A stretch of DNA of 64,000 nucleotides from assembly GCA_014730275.1 (NCBI GenBank), contig WJIL01000068.1:87527-151526 (forward strand), read 5' to 3'. The translations under genes and the position numbers were made by a program. This DNA comes from Promethearchaeota archaeon (GTDB taxonomy: Archaea > Asgardarchaeota > Thorarchaeia > Thorarchaeales > Thorarchaeaceae). Position 1 is the first letter of the stretch; every line of letters begins with the position of its first letter. Shown in pieces: positions 28,723-37,831 of this stretch. The notes beneath the pieces are model-generated. The model searched no databases and had not been told where the DNA came from. It worked only from the letters and a program-made list of their open reading frames with translations.

Positions 28723-29277
28723 TTGAGAGAAATGGATGAGGATTTGAAGACACTTGAAGCAGCACTGTATGCCGCTGGCAGGCCCCTCACCATAGAAGAG
28801 ATGTCAGAATTAATCGACAAGGCGGAATCATCCACACGGGAATTGGCAGAGGAACTAGGTTATCGCTATCACAAGCGGGACGGGGCCTTAGAGGTTGTGG
28901 AGCTCCCTAGAGACCGATTCGTTCTACAATTGAAACCTGAGCTTACTCCAAGAGTAGGCAAACTCATACCTGGTGGATTGCTTTCGTTTGCAACACTTCA
29001 GACGTTGGTGTACATAGCACTAAAACAGCCCATCCTCCAATCGGATGTTGTCTCTCACAGAGGTACCCACTGTTATGAGCACATACATGAATTAGAAGAG
29101 CTAAAATTTCTAGAGTCGACTCCACATGGTCGAACAAAACTACTGAAGACCACTCGTCTGTTTGCAGACTATTTCGGATTACATCCAGAGAAGGTCAAAA
29201 TGAAAGCGCAGCTCCGGCACAAAATGAAAAAGATACTTGAAGAGCAGAAAGCGAGAGAAGAGAGTTCAAACGCATGA
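28723..29277 (+). CDS. scpB: Segregation and condensation protein B
   Basis: LEAALYAAGRPLTIEEMSELI, a ScpB winged-helix pattern. Immediately follows scpA. Confidence 0.85.
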   Translation: MREMDEDLKTLEAALYAAGRPLTIEEMSELIDKAESSTRELAEELGYRYHKRDGALEVVELPRDRFVLQLKPELTPRVGKLIPGGLLSFATLQTLVYIALKQPILQSDVVSHRGTHCYEHIHELEELKFLESTPHGRTKLLKTTRLFADYFGLHPEKVKMKAQLRHKMKKILEEQKAREESSNA

Positions 29278-29281
29278 TACT

Positions 29282-30301
29282 CTAACAGACCCTTGGAACT
29301 GGTTCACCATACGGGACCTGAATCACTTTTCGCCCACCGATTCCTGTTTCAAGAATGACTCTCGCAGGGCCAGCTTCTACTTTACCGATAGCTTTGGCTT
29401 CTTTGGTTGCAGCGTGACGGTGTAGGACATCAAGTAAATCGTCTGTTTTCTCAGAATCAACGACCATAACTGCGGTACCTTCACAGCTCATATTGAAGAA
29501 ATCTAGGCCTAATATCTCACAGAGTGATCTAACGGCGGGGCGAACAGGTACTTCTCCGTCCTCAATAACAATCTGGGCATTGGATTTTGAAGCAATTTCG
29601 TTGAGAGCAACAGAGCTGCCACCTCTAGTAGGGTCTTTCATTGAATGTACGCCACCAATATCCAGACAGTCGCGCAAAGGTTCCCACAGTGGGGCGACAT
29701 CACTTATCAAGTCGGTATCGAAGTCAAGGCCTTCACGATGAGCTAAGAGGGTGGTGCCATGATCACCAATAGGACCCGTAACAATAACATCATCTCCAGG
29801 AAGGGCACCTCTATCAGTAATCGGTTCTTCAAGGTAACTCACACCTATACCCGTTGTGGAGAAGACCAGTTGATCGATGGTGCCTCGAGGCATGACCTTG
29901 GTATCACCTGCAATCATGGCAATACCAAGTGGCTCAATGATGCTGTTCAAATCCTTGAGAATCTGAGCCAATCGTTGTATTTCGAACCCCTCTTCTACAA
30001 TTATGGTATTGGTCATAGCAAGGGGTTTTGCGCCCATTACAGCCAAGTCATTAACAGTACCGCAGGCGGTCAACGTGCCTATGCTTCCACCGGGGAAACT
30101 CAGAGGCTGTACTGTATGGGCATCGCTACACACAATCAGGTTTCCATGATCAGACAGGAGTGTTGCACCATCATCCATTTCATCTAAGCCAATCGGACCT
30201 AATCTCCGATTACCAAATGATGGGATTATTACCTCTTCCAGGAGCTGTTGCATAATCTTTCCACCAGCCCCGTGTGAATTTTCTATTTTCTCCATGTCCA
30301 T
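29282..30301 (-). CDS. hypE: [NiFe]-hydrogenase maturation protein HypE
   Basis: AIR-synthase-like fold motifs and the diagnostic C-terminal PRVC (PRIC-type) terminus. Confidence 0.9.
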   Translation of the reverse strand: MDMEKIENSHGAGGKIMQQLLEEVIIPSFGNRRLGPIGLDEMDDGATLLSDHGNLIVCSDAHTVQPLSFPGGSIGTLTACGTVNDLAVMGAKPLAMTNTIIVEEGFEIQRLAQILKDLNSIIEPLGIAMIAGDTKVMPRGTIDQLVFSTTGIGVSYLEEPITDRGALPGDDVIVTGPIGDHGTTLLAHREGLDFDTDLISDVAPLWEPLRDCLDIGGVHSMKDPTRGGSSVALNEIASKSNAQIVIEDGEVPVRPAVRSLCEILGLDFFNMSCEGTAVMVVDSEKTDDLLDVLHRHAATKEAKAIGKVEAGPARVILETGIGGRKVIQVPYGEPVPRVC

Positions 30302-30345
30302 AGGGATTCCTCTGAGCCACTTGGTGAATGGAATTGGTAATATTT

Positions 30346-30381
30346 CAAAGAAGCGTTATGACAATCACAACGCTTGCTTTT
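30346..30381. promoter_or_regulatory. Inverted repeat CAAAGAAGCGTT-N11-AACGCTTGCTTTG in the divergent hypE/rps8e intergenic region
   Basis: 12-bp arms with one mismatch, seen directly in the sequence. Confidence 0.3.
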
Positions 30382-30446
30382 GTCACTGAGGAAAATTTAA
30401 AACAGCTTTGAAGTTTGCGTGATTTGATTATTGAAAGGTGGCATAA

Positions 30447-30824
30447 ATGGGTGTCTGGCATCGCAGATCTCGGAGAACTAAGACCGGCGCAAGGAAAAGC
30501 CGATTCAAGAGCAAAAGGAAGTACGAACTTGGACGGACACCGACTGAGACTGTAATGGGCGAACCTAAACGCCGACGGATTGATAGTAGAGGCAGTCACA
30601 AGAAGACACCAGCACTCCGCCTTAACATGGTCAACGTAACAGATCCAGAGAAGGGTGAGACATCGCGTGCAGAATTGGAGGATGTCATCAAAAACCCTGC
30701 AAATATGGATTACCAGCGTAGGAAAGTCATTACAAAGGGTACCATCATCAAGACTTCAAAGGGCAAGGCGAGAGTAACAAGCCGACCGGGTCAAGATGGA
30801 GTATTGAACGCAGTTCTTATCTGA
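30447..30824 (+). CDS. rps8e: Ribosomal protein S8e
   Basis: MGVWHRRSRRTKTGARK...KRRRIDSRG, typical S8e. Confidence 0.9.
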   Translation: MGVWHRRSRRTKTGARKSRFKSKRKYELGRTPTETVMGEPKRRRIDSRGSHKKTPALRLNMVNVTDPEKGETSRAELEDVIKNPANMDYQRRKVITKGTIIKTSKGKARVTSRPGQDGVLNAVLI

Positions 30825-30848
30825 TCCATACTACTATACTCGGATAGG

Positions 30849-31241
30849 TTAGGATTCATCCGAATCGAGCTCTGCTTCTATATTGGTGATTACGAATCCG
30901 CGACCGCCAGTAATGGTGGTATTGCTGCTTTTGCATTTTGGACACTTCATAGGAGCGAAGGCTGCAATTTCAGGGGGAACATCATCTGGGCTCTGTGCTT
31001 CCCCTTCGAAGCCACATTCTGCACACCGAATGCTCCCCTTAACTTTCTCGATATTAAGCTCAGCACCTTCAAGAATGGTACCTTCAGTGGCTATTTCAAA
31101 ATTGAATTTCAGTTGTTGAGGCATCAGAAAGGTGAATTCACCGACCTCCACGTTAACGCCCAGAATCTGCTTCACATCATGGCCTTTTGCTGCTTCCAAT
31201 GCAGTATCACGAATGGAACACGCGGCTGAAAATTCGTGCAT
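30849..31241 (-). CDS. hypA: [NiFe]-hydrogenase nickel-insertion protein HypA
   Basis: MHEFS start, and CxxC...CxxC zinc site (CAECG...CPKC). The ORF-track ORF extends upstream, but the HypA-like start is the MHE at 31241. Confidence 0.85.
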   Translation of the reverse strand: MHEFSAACSIRDTALEAAKGHDVKQILGVNVEVGEFTFLMPQQLKFNFEIATEGTILEGAELNIEKVKGSIRCAECGFEGEAQSPDDVPPEIAAFAPMKCPKCKSSNTTITGGRGFVITNIEAELDSDES

Positions 31242-31365
31242 TATCCCTTTTTCCCTGGAGATGGTCCTTGGTTGTTTGTTAAGGCGTTTTTGTTGTGAAC
31301 ATCTGCTAGACACTCTTTATATACAACCACGAAATATAGATTCGAAAACGGATGGAGGATGTGGA

Positions 31366-31998
31366 TTGAACAAACCACCCAACAAAAAGGCAGACACAAA
31401 AGACAATCCTCCAGATTTTTCCGACATACCAGGCATCGGTCCAACACTCAGTAAACGGCTAAAGAAGGCAGGATATGATTCATTGCAGCAAATTAGTGAA
31501 AGTATCCCTGCTGAAGTAGCAGAAGGTGTGAAAGGAATCAGTAGGGACAAAGCCCGAGAGATAGCGATTAGTGCAAGCAGACTGCTCGAGAAGACTAGTG
31601 AGGGGGAAAAGGCAAAAATAGCCGAGGGGGAAGCCGATTCAGAGATTGATGATCTTGCAAAAGAGTTACGAAGTAAGGATCAGCAAGTCGCTTTAGGAGC
31701 CATTGACAGGTTAGGCAAAATCGAAGATAAGAGAGCCACAGAGCAGCTGATGAGTTGCCTAGAAGATCCAAGATACATGGTAAGAATGTTCGCTGCGGTG
31801 CAGCTTGGAGAACGGGAAGATGAGAAAGCAGTTGATGCTCTAATTCAGGCACTACATGACGATTCACTTTTTGTGCGTCAGACTGTCGCCGGGGCTCTAG
31901 AGAATATTGGCTCTAAGAAGGGTCTAGATGCAATAGCAGATGCAGAAAATGAGGGAATTCTGCTTAACGAGCTTCCCGAAGGCAAAAGACTAAACTGA
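31366..31998 (+). CDS. Helix-hairpin-helix + HEAT/PBS-lyase repeat protein
   Basis: TTG start at 31366 with GGAGGA 7 nt upstream. HhH (DIPGIGPTLSKRLKKAGY), then about three HEAT-like repeats (ALGAIDRLG..., MVRMFAAVQLGE..., FVRQTVAGALENIG). Confidence 0.6.
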   Translation: MNKPPNKKADTKDNPPDFSDIPGIGPTLSKRLKKAGYDSLQQISESIPAEVAEGVKGISRDKAREIAISASRLLEKTSEGEKAKIAEGEADSEIDDLAKELRSKDQQVALGAIDRLGKIEDKRATEQLMSCLEDPRYMVRMFAAVQLGEREDEKAVDALIQALHDDSLFVRQTVAGALENIGSKKGLDAIADAENEGILLNELPEGKRLN

Positions 31999-32034
31999 TT
32001 AGAGATGAATCTGAGGGTATAAACCCCCTTCAAA

Positions 32035-32598
32035 ATGAAACTACAGGAGAACTGTTCAGTGGAAGACCGGTCAGTGGATGAAATTCAAACCAAAATCAGC
32101 GATTTGGATTTAGACTATATGCGTGGATTGGTTTCTGAAGAAGAATACAAAGCTAAGATGGAAGAATTGCAGGAGAAGTTGGAGGCAGCAGGAGGGAAAC
32201 CTTCTGGTCTCTCTGCAGCACAAAAAGCCAAAGAGTCTCTCAAATCGCCACCAGAAGAGGAATTCACTCAGCAACGAGGAGTGGCAACAACAGACCCGGT
32301 TACAGCCGTCAAAAGAGCTGTACAGAAGTTCAGAAGGATTCCAATAGAACGGATTGCCCAAGAAGCTGGTGTGAGCGCAATCAACACAGCTAAGATATTA
32401 ACCGATCTACTGGATGGACGAGAGTTATCTGGGCGGATAGATCGTGAAAGGGGAGATCTGCTATTGGGAACCGGTAGTGGCCCTGCACCGAAAAACATCG
32501 TAGTTTGCCCATTCTGTGGTCGAAAGATGGACAAGATAGCAGTACGGGGAGAAACCGTCACCTGTAATATGTGTCAAGAATCTTTTGTCATTTCATAG
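32035..32598 (+). CDS. Hypothetical protein with a C-terminal zinc ribbon
   Basis: 187 aa, helical N-terminus, C-terminal CPFCG...CNMC. Confidence 0.45.
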   Translation: MKLQENCSVEDRSVDEIQTKISDLDLDYMRGLVSEEEYKAKMEELQEKLEAAGGKPSGLSAAQKAKESLKSPPEEEFTQQRGVATTDPVTAVKRAVQKFRRIPIERIAQEAGVSAINTAKILTDLLDGRELSGRIDRERGDLLLGTGSGPAPKNIVVCPFCGRKMDKIAVRGETVTCNMCQESFVIS

Positions 32599-32674
32599 TG
32601 ATGTTGAATGGGCGATTCAGTCTCCAAAAGGGAGACGGGAGCAGCTGGTCCTACTCCCGGAAGATAGATTGGCC

Positions 32675-34243
32675 TTATTCTCCCTGGCTTCCTTTTCTAT
32701 AGGATTCGAGCAGCAAATCTGGTAGATATAAGGCCTCGATTCCTGTGCCTTGCAGAAGGTCTTTCAGTTGAATTGTACAGAAGGGGCATTCAGTAGTTAC
32801 AAGCTCTGCCCCCGTGTCCAATATATACTCCCGTTTTGTATCAGCGATTTTCATAGAGAGATCCCGTTGTCCAGCTCGTACACCACCACCAGCCCCACAA
32901 CACCGATTCTTGTATGGGTCGTCAATATACTCAATTCCTGGGACCATCTTGAGAATTTCTAGCGGCTCATTGACAACTCCTTGACCTCTGCCCAAGTGGC
33001 AGGGCTCATGATATGTGACTTTCAAATCGAGTTCACCTTTTGGTGGGACCATGTTTTCTTTACCCAGCACCTCAATCAGATATTCGGTAAGGTCCATAAC
33101 CTTGAACTTTGGAGGCTCTCCGCGTTCTTCCTCAATGAGTGGATAGTGGTCTTCCCTCATCGTCTTTCCGCAGCCAGCACATGCAACAATGACTGTGTCG
33201 AAATCCCATTTTTCCATAGCATCTTCAAAAATCTGTGTGGTTTTTCTCGCTGCTTCTTTAGCAGTCTCCATGGCACCCGTTCTGAAGGCAGGACTTGCGC
33301 AGCACCATTGTTCTTTGGGAACCACGACATCGACATTGTTCTGATTAAGAACCTCGATTAGTGCCTCACCCGTATTCTGCATTCTATAATCAATAAGACA
33401 TCCTGTGAAGAACGCTACACGCCCCTGAGGGTTCTCTACGAAGAATTCCTCTGTCTCTATTTCTTCAAGAAGGGGAGTTTCCTTCCGAGATACTGAGCGG
33501 CCGGTTTCCTGCATACGTTCCACGAAAGTCTGTGCCCCCTCTGGGAGTGGATAACCAGCATCTACTGCTTTCGCTCGTAGAAGTTCTACCGCTAGACTTG
33601 GTATCTTAATGTCCTTCGGACAAATGTCCTCACAAAGCTTGCAGGTTGTACAGTAATACACGGATTCGTCAAGAGCCATCGATACTCTGTCTTCAACATC
33701 TCGTGGATCGAGCTCAAGTCGTGCAAGCTGCCGGATAATCATTGGTCCTGCATAATCCCAAGTTTCCTTGATGACCGGACAGTTTGCAATACAAGCGCTA
33801 CATTCGATACATTTCCGAATCTCACGCAGCTTTTCAATCTCACTGGAGTGAATTATCTCAGGGCGTTCTGGTCTTTTATCTCGTGATACATATGGACGAG
33901 TCCGTCGCAGCCTCCCAATAGTTTGTTCTAAATCAACTACCAGGTCCTTTATGACAGGCATCTTATCCATCGGCTCGATAACCAGTTCCTCATCAGGATC
34001 GACCTTTGTCCTGCAGGCAATACGGGCAATTGTGTTTACTGTAACTGCACAGGAACCGCATTGTCCGCCTCTGCATTCCCAGCGGAATGCCAGACTCGAG
34101 TCGTATTTGTCTTGGATGTAAAGAAGTACATCCAGCACGGTCATACCCGGTTCGAATTCTACATCATACTCTTCAAAGTATGGGGCATCATCGACATCAG
34201 GGTTATATCGCTGAACTTTCGTCTTGACAGTTTCCTTGGACAT
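32675..34243 (-). CDS. tfrB: Thiol:fumarate reductase subunit B-like: a succinate dehydrogenase/fumarate reductase Fe-S subunit fused to HdrD-like CCG domains
   Basis: N-terminal [2Fe-2S] (CRGGQCGSC) plus two ferredoxin-type clusters (CIECSACIANCP, CTTCKLCEDICP). C-terminal two Cys-rich CCG motifs (CCASPAF, CCGAGGG). Confidence 0.8.
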   Translation of the reverse strand: MSKETVKTKVQRYNPDVDDAPYFEEYDVEFEPGMTVLDVLLYIQDKYDSSLAFRWECRGGQCGSCAVTVNTIARIACRTKVDPDEELVIEPMDKMPVIKDLVVDLEQTIGRLRRTRPYVSRDKRPERPEIIHSSEIEKLREIRKCIECSACIANCPVIKETWDYAGPMIIRQLARLELDPRDVEDRVSMALDESVYYCTTCKLCEDICPKDIKIPSLAVELLRAKAVDAGYPLPEGAQTFVERMQETGRSVSRKETPLLEEIETEEFFVENPQGRVAFFTGCLIDYRMQNTGEALIEVLNQNNVDVVVPKEQWCCASPAFRTGAMETAKEAARKTTQIFEDAMEKWDFDTVIVACAGCGKTMREDHYPLIEEERGEPPKFKVMDLTEYLIEVLGKENMVPPKGELDLKVTYHEPCHLGRGQGVVNEPLEILKMVPGIEYIDDPYKNRCCGAGGGVRAGQRDLSMKIADTKREYILDTGAELVTTECPFCTIQLKDLLQGTGIEALYLPDLLLESYRKGSQGE

Positions 34244-34259
34244 CGTTATTGGTCCTCCT

Positions 34260-35981
34260 TCATGGTGGCGTGATGCGAGTTATCACGAGATCTTCCTTCC
34301 GGAGCTCGGGTTCCCCGTCTTCGCCTTTTCGAATGACAATATTGTAATAGCCCTTATCATTGCGGTCTGCGTCACTGCGGTAGTGAGCACCTCTGCTGCC
34401 CTTTCGCATGAAAGCAGCTTCAGCGACTAAGCGAGAAGTAATCACCATGTGGCCAAATTCAATAGCCTGATGCCATCCCGGATTGAATCGCTTGATTGGT
34501 ACATCTACTTTGATGTTGGGAACAACCTCTTCTTCAATGCGCTTCAGATCCTCAACAGCTTCTGCGAGACCTTCATCATCTCTGAAAATCTGCACCTTAT
34601 CCCACATCAGACTGGTCAATTCGTCTCGGGCATCAGCTGGCGAAATTCCTTCCTTCCGCCGCAACATCGTCTCAACCCGGCTGAATTCCCCTTTGACATC
34701 GTCAATATCCATTCCGGGGAGACCATGTTCGTTCGCGAATTTGGCTGCATTCTCACCTGCCAGGGCACCGAAAACTTGAGTGTCAGCTAAAGCATTACCA
34801 CCCAAACGGTTTCCACCGTGAAGTCCGCCCATACATTCACCTGCAGCATACAGGCCAGGTAATGTCGATGAAGCGTTCGCATCTACCTTGATGCCGCCCA
34901 TCAAGTGATGAGCCGTGGGTGATACTTGCATAGGCTCTTCGCGGATATCTACTCCAGCGTCACCAAACTGCTCAATCATACTCTCAAGCCGGTATTCGAT
35001 GATTCGCTTTGGTAGATGAGCGATACTGAGGTAAACCCCTCCATCAGGAGATCCACGTCCTTCTCTGACTTCAGTCATGATAGACCTCGCCACTTGGTCT
35101 CGACCAGCCAGCTCCATAACCTTCGGATAGTACTTGTCCATGAAGCGTTCCCCTTCACTATTCAGGAGTATACCACCTTCGCCCCGAACGGCCTCGGTAA
35201 CGAGTCTCCCCTTTGCAGATTCAGGCTTAATCATGCCAGTCGGGTGAAATTGGCACATTTCCATATCAATCATTTCGCAGCCTGCTTCATAGGCCATAGC
35301 ATAACCATCACCGACATCGAGGGCTGCATTGCTTGTGACCTTGAAAATACGACCTGCACCACCTGTGGCCATAACAATTGATTTTGCTCGGAAGACAACA
35401 TAGTCCCCGTACTTGAGATCAATAGCAGTAACTCCTGCAGCTCTGCCGTCCTTCACCAGGATTTTAGTAGCAAACATTTCGTCGAAAACGCGAACAGAGC
35501 TCTTTCGAATCGCTTCGGTAAGTGTGACCATGATTTCTGAGCCTGTGCGGTCTGAAGCATAGGCAGTTCTCCGATAGGTCTGTTTTCCGAATGGGCGCTG
35601 TGCGATTTTGCCCTGTGGAGTTCTATCGAATACTGCACCCATTTCTTCGAGATCGTATATTCGGTCTGGCGCTTCATCAACAAGTATCTCGACTAATTCT
35701 TGGTTGTTGATGTAATTTCCGCCCACAACTGTGTCTTTGAAATGAACTTCAGGATCATCATCAGGATCTACATTTCCGATGGCTACATTCATACCACCTT
35801 CGGCCATGGATGTGTGGGCCTTGCCAAGCATCTCCTTGCTAAGCATAATCACGTCAGCATTGTGCTGTTCTGCTTCAATAGCGGCACGACAGCCAGCACC
35901 ACCAGCACCTACAACCAAAACATCGCATAATATTGTCTTATAACTAGGTGAATCTTCCAAACAAAAGCCTCCGATGGCCAA
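34260..35981 (-). CDS. tfrA: Thiol:fumarate reductase / fumarate reductase flavoprotein subunit
   Basis: VLVVGAGGAGCRAA FAD fold, QFHPTG, HHLMGG, RLGGNALAD. SdhA/FrdA family. Confidence 0.85.
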   Translation of the reverse strand: MAIGGFCLEDSPSYKTILCDVLVVGAGGAGCRAAIEAEQHNADVIMLSKEMLGKAHTSMAEGGMNVAIGNVDPDDDPEVHFKDTVVGGNYINNQELVEILVDEAPDRIYDLEEMGAVFDRTPQGKIAQRPFGKQTYRRTAYASDRTGSEIMVTLTEAIRKSSVRVFDEMFATKILVKDGRAAGVTAIDLKYGDYVVFRAKSIVMATGGAGRIFKVTSNAALDVGDGYAMAYEAGCEMIDMEMCQFHPTGMIKPESAKGRLVTEAVRGEGGILLNSEGERFMDKYYPKVMELAGRDQVARSIMTEVREGRGSPDGGVYLSIAHLPKRIIEYRLESMIEQFGDAGVDIREEPMQVSPTAHHLMGGIKVDANASSTLPGLYAAGECMGGLHGGNRLGGNALADTQVFGALAGENAAKFANEHGLPGMDIDDVKGEFSRVETMLRRKEGISPADARDELTSLMWDKVQIFRDDEGLAEAVEDLKRIEEEVVPNIKVDVPIKRFNPGWHQAIEFGHMVITSRLVAEAAFMRKGSRGAHYRSDADRNDKGYYNIVIRKGEDGEPELRKEDLVITRITPP

Positions 35982-36015
35982 TCGTTTTCACTTTGACATC
36001 GGTCTATGGAGGCGC

Positions 36016-36022
36016 TATATAA
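36016..36022 (-). promoter_or_regulatory. TATA-like box (TATATAA) about 35 nt upstream of the tfrA start. Suggests tfrAB has its own promoter.
   Basis: Seen in sequence. The palindromic hairpin GGGACAGTCCC at about 36055-36065 follows the stop of the upstream sdhA-like gene. Confidence 0.3.
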
Positions 36023-36118
36023 CTTGTAAGGTATGGGAGGACTATCCCCAGAAGACAGATTCAATGGGGACAGTCCCGCACGTTCCTCTTGCAAAGGTCT
36101 ATGCAGGAACGTAGAGTG

Positions 36119-37831
36119 TCAGGCAAATAGGTCGAGGCGCCGCTTGAACGGTTTCTCTTTGCCGTAGCCAGTGGCTTTCATGGTATTCTGTCCGAGATAG
36201 TTGGGGAGGATGATGGGGGTCCTACGCTCAGTCTCTATACCAGCTTTCTCCAGTTCCTTAGAATACCTATCGAGATGGGCAAGAGAAAGATCAGATTTCT
36301 TTGGCATTTTTGCCTTCTTCGCATGCTTGGCCGCGCTTATGCCGGACTTGCGACCAAATACAACGATTTCCAGCCATGAGTTGCCCATCAGACGGTTGTC
36401 GCCATGAACACCACCCGTGGTTTCACCAGAGGCGAAGAGGTTCTCAATCGGGCTGCCGTCGGGTTTCACAACCTGAGTCTCGCGATTGATTGCGATTCCA
36501 CCATTCTGATAGTGGAGTGTGGGATGCACCAAAACAGGGTATTCTGTCGGGTCAATACCAAAACGTGTGAAAAGGCGGTAGATAGCAGCAAGGCCGTCTT
36601 CGAGTGCTCCTTCACCGCGCTTCTCATCAATCATCGGGGTATCGAGCCAAATCCCATCTTGACCCGTGGGAGTAGTAATACCTCTTCCTTCCCCGATTTC
36701 TTTCAATTCTGCCGCAGATTCGACGTCTCGTGGCTCCAATGGATAGATGAAAGCCTCGCCATCATCATTAACCAGCTGGGCTCCCATACTTCTGCACTTT
36801 TCTGTGACTAGCAAACCAACGATTTGCTCAGGGTACGCCGCACCAGTGGGATGATATTGGGTTGATTGCATGTGGATGATATCTGCGCCCACTCTATAAG
36901 CTGAAACCAATCCGTCACAGGTCGCTGCATAGTGGTTAGTGGTAGGAAAGCCAGCAACATGTAGCCGACCAAAGCCACCTGTTGCAATGACGGTAGCCTT
37001 TGAACGTACTACATGATATTCTTCGGTTTCCATGTTCCATAGTAGTCCACCAGCGACAGCACCACTCCCATCCGTTAGAAGAGATACGGTGGGACAAAAC
37101 TCAAGGGTGTTAACATCGCGGCTAAGCGCTTCATCCATAAGGACTCTGGTCAGTTCAAGGCCGGTATAGTCCTTGCAACTGTGTATTCGCTTCCGTGAAG
37201 CACCTCCTGCCATGAGAAGCTGCATATCTCCATCCTGTTCCTTATCGAATGTAGCTCCCAGTGATTCAAGCCATTTGATTGCGAGTGGGCCCTTCTCAAC
37301 TAGGTCTCGAGCCAGCGGCCGGTCATTTGTCCAGTGGCCCCCAGACAAGACATCAAGCCAGTGAATCATTGGAGAATCATCCTCTCCATCGCACGCCTGT
37401 ATGCCGCCTTGGCTCATTTTGCTGTTAGAGTCACCCAATCGAAGGGCAGTCGAAACAAGGATGTCTTCCATTGCTATCCCTTCGTTATTCGCCCAGAGGA
37501 TAGCAGAAAGACCGGCTCCACCAGTGCCAATCACAAGAAGCTCCGTGCTGTACTCTACTTCGGACAAATCTACATCAGCAGGATCCACACGGGGATAGGC
37601 CTCCAAGACATTTGCAACCTCTGTTGGCACGACTTTCCCTTTTGCCGGGCCGATAGCTAGTTCCCGGAAGAAAGCAGGATCCGATTTCCTATAGTCGGGA
37701 TGCCATTGTCTCAGAAGCTCGTCGGATTCCTCCTCCGGAATCCTGTCGAACTCCATGTCTTTGCGTTCATCTCTGGTAGCATTGACTCGCCTTACTGATT
37801 CCATCATATGTTCCGGATATGGGTCTGTCAT
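36119..37831 (-). CDS. Second SdhA/FrdA-family flavoprotein with an N-terminal extension of about 100 aa
   Basis: LLVIGTGGAGLSA at about residue 100, HYAATCDG, QYHPTG, HPTLHYQNGG, DNRLMGNSWLEIVVFGR. Last gene of the hdr-mvh unit. Confidence 0.8.
   Translation of the reverse strand: MTDPYPEHMMESVRRVNATRDERKDMEFDRIPEEESDELLRQWHPDYRKSDPAFFRELAIGPAKGKVVPTEVANVLEAYPRVDPADVDLSEVEYSTELLVIGTGGAGLSAILWANNEGIAMEDILVSTALRLGDSNSKMSQGGIQACDGEDDSPMIHWLDVLSGGHWTNDRPLARDLVEKGPLAIKWLESLGATFDKEQDGDMQLLMAGGASRKRIHSCKDYTGLELTRVLMDEALSRDVNTLEFCPTVSLLTDGSGAVAGGLLWNMETEEYHVVRSKATVIATGGFGRLHVAGFPTTNHYAATCDGLVSAYRVGADIIHMQSTQYHPTGAAYPEQIVGLLVTEKCRSMGAQLVNDDGEAFIYPLEPRDVESAAELKEIGEGRGITTPTGQDGIWLDTPMIDEKRGEGALEDGLAAIYRLFTRFGIDPTEYPVLVHPTLHYQNGGIAINRETQVVKPDGSPIENLFASGETTGGVHGDNRLMGNSWLEIVVFGRKSGISAAKHAKKAKMPKKSDLSLAHLDRYSKELEKAGIETERRTPIILPNYLGQNTMKATGYGKEKPFKRRLDLFA

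Noticed and set aside
31242-31313. Upstream 24 codons of the hypA ORF
   Set aside because: HypA proteins start with MHE. The extension lacks an SD.
31132-31365. N-terminal 78 codons of ORF 31132..31998
   Set aside because: This part overlaps the hypA promoter and 5' region and has no SD. A TTG with a GGAGGA SD at 31366 fits the HhH-HEAT protein better.
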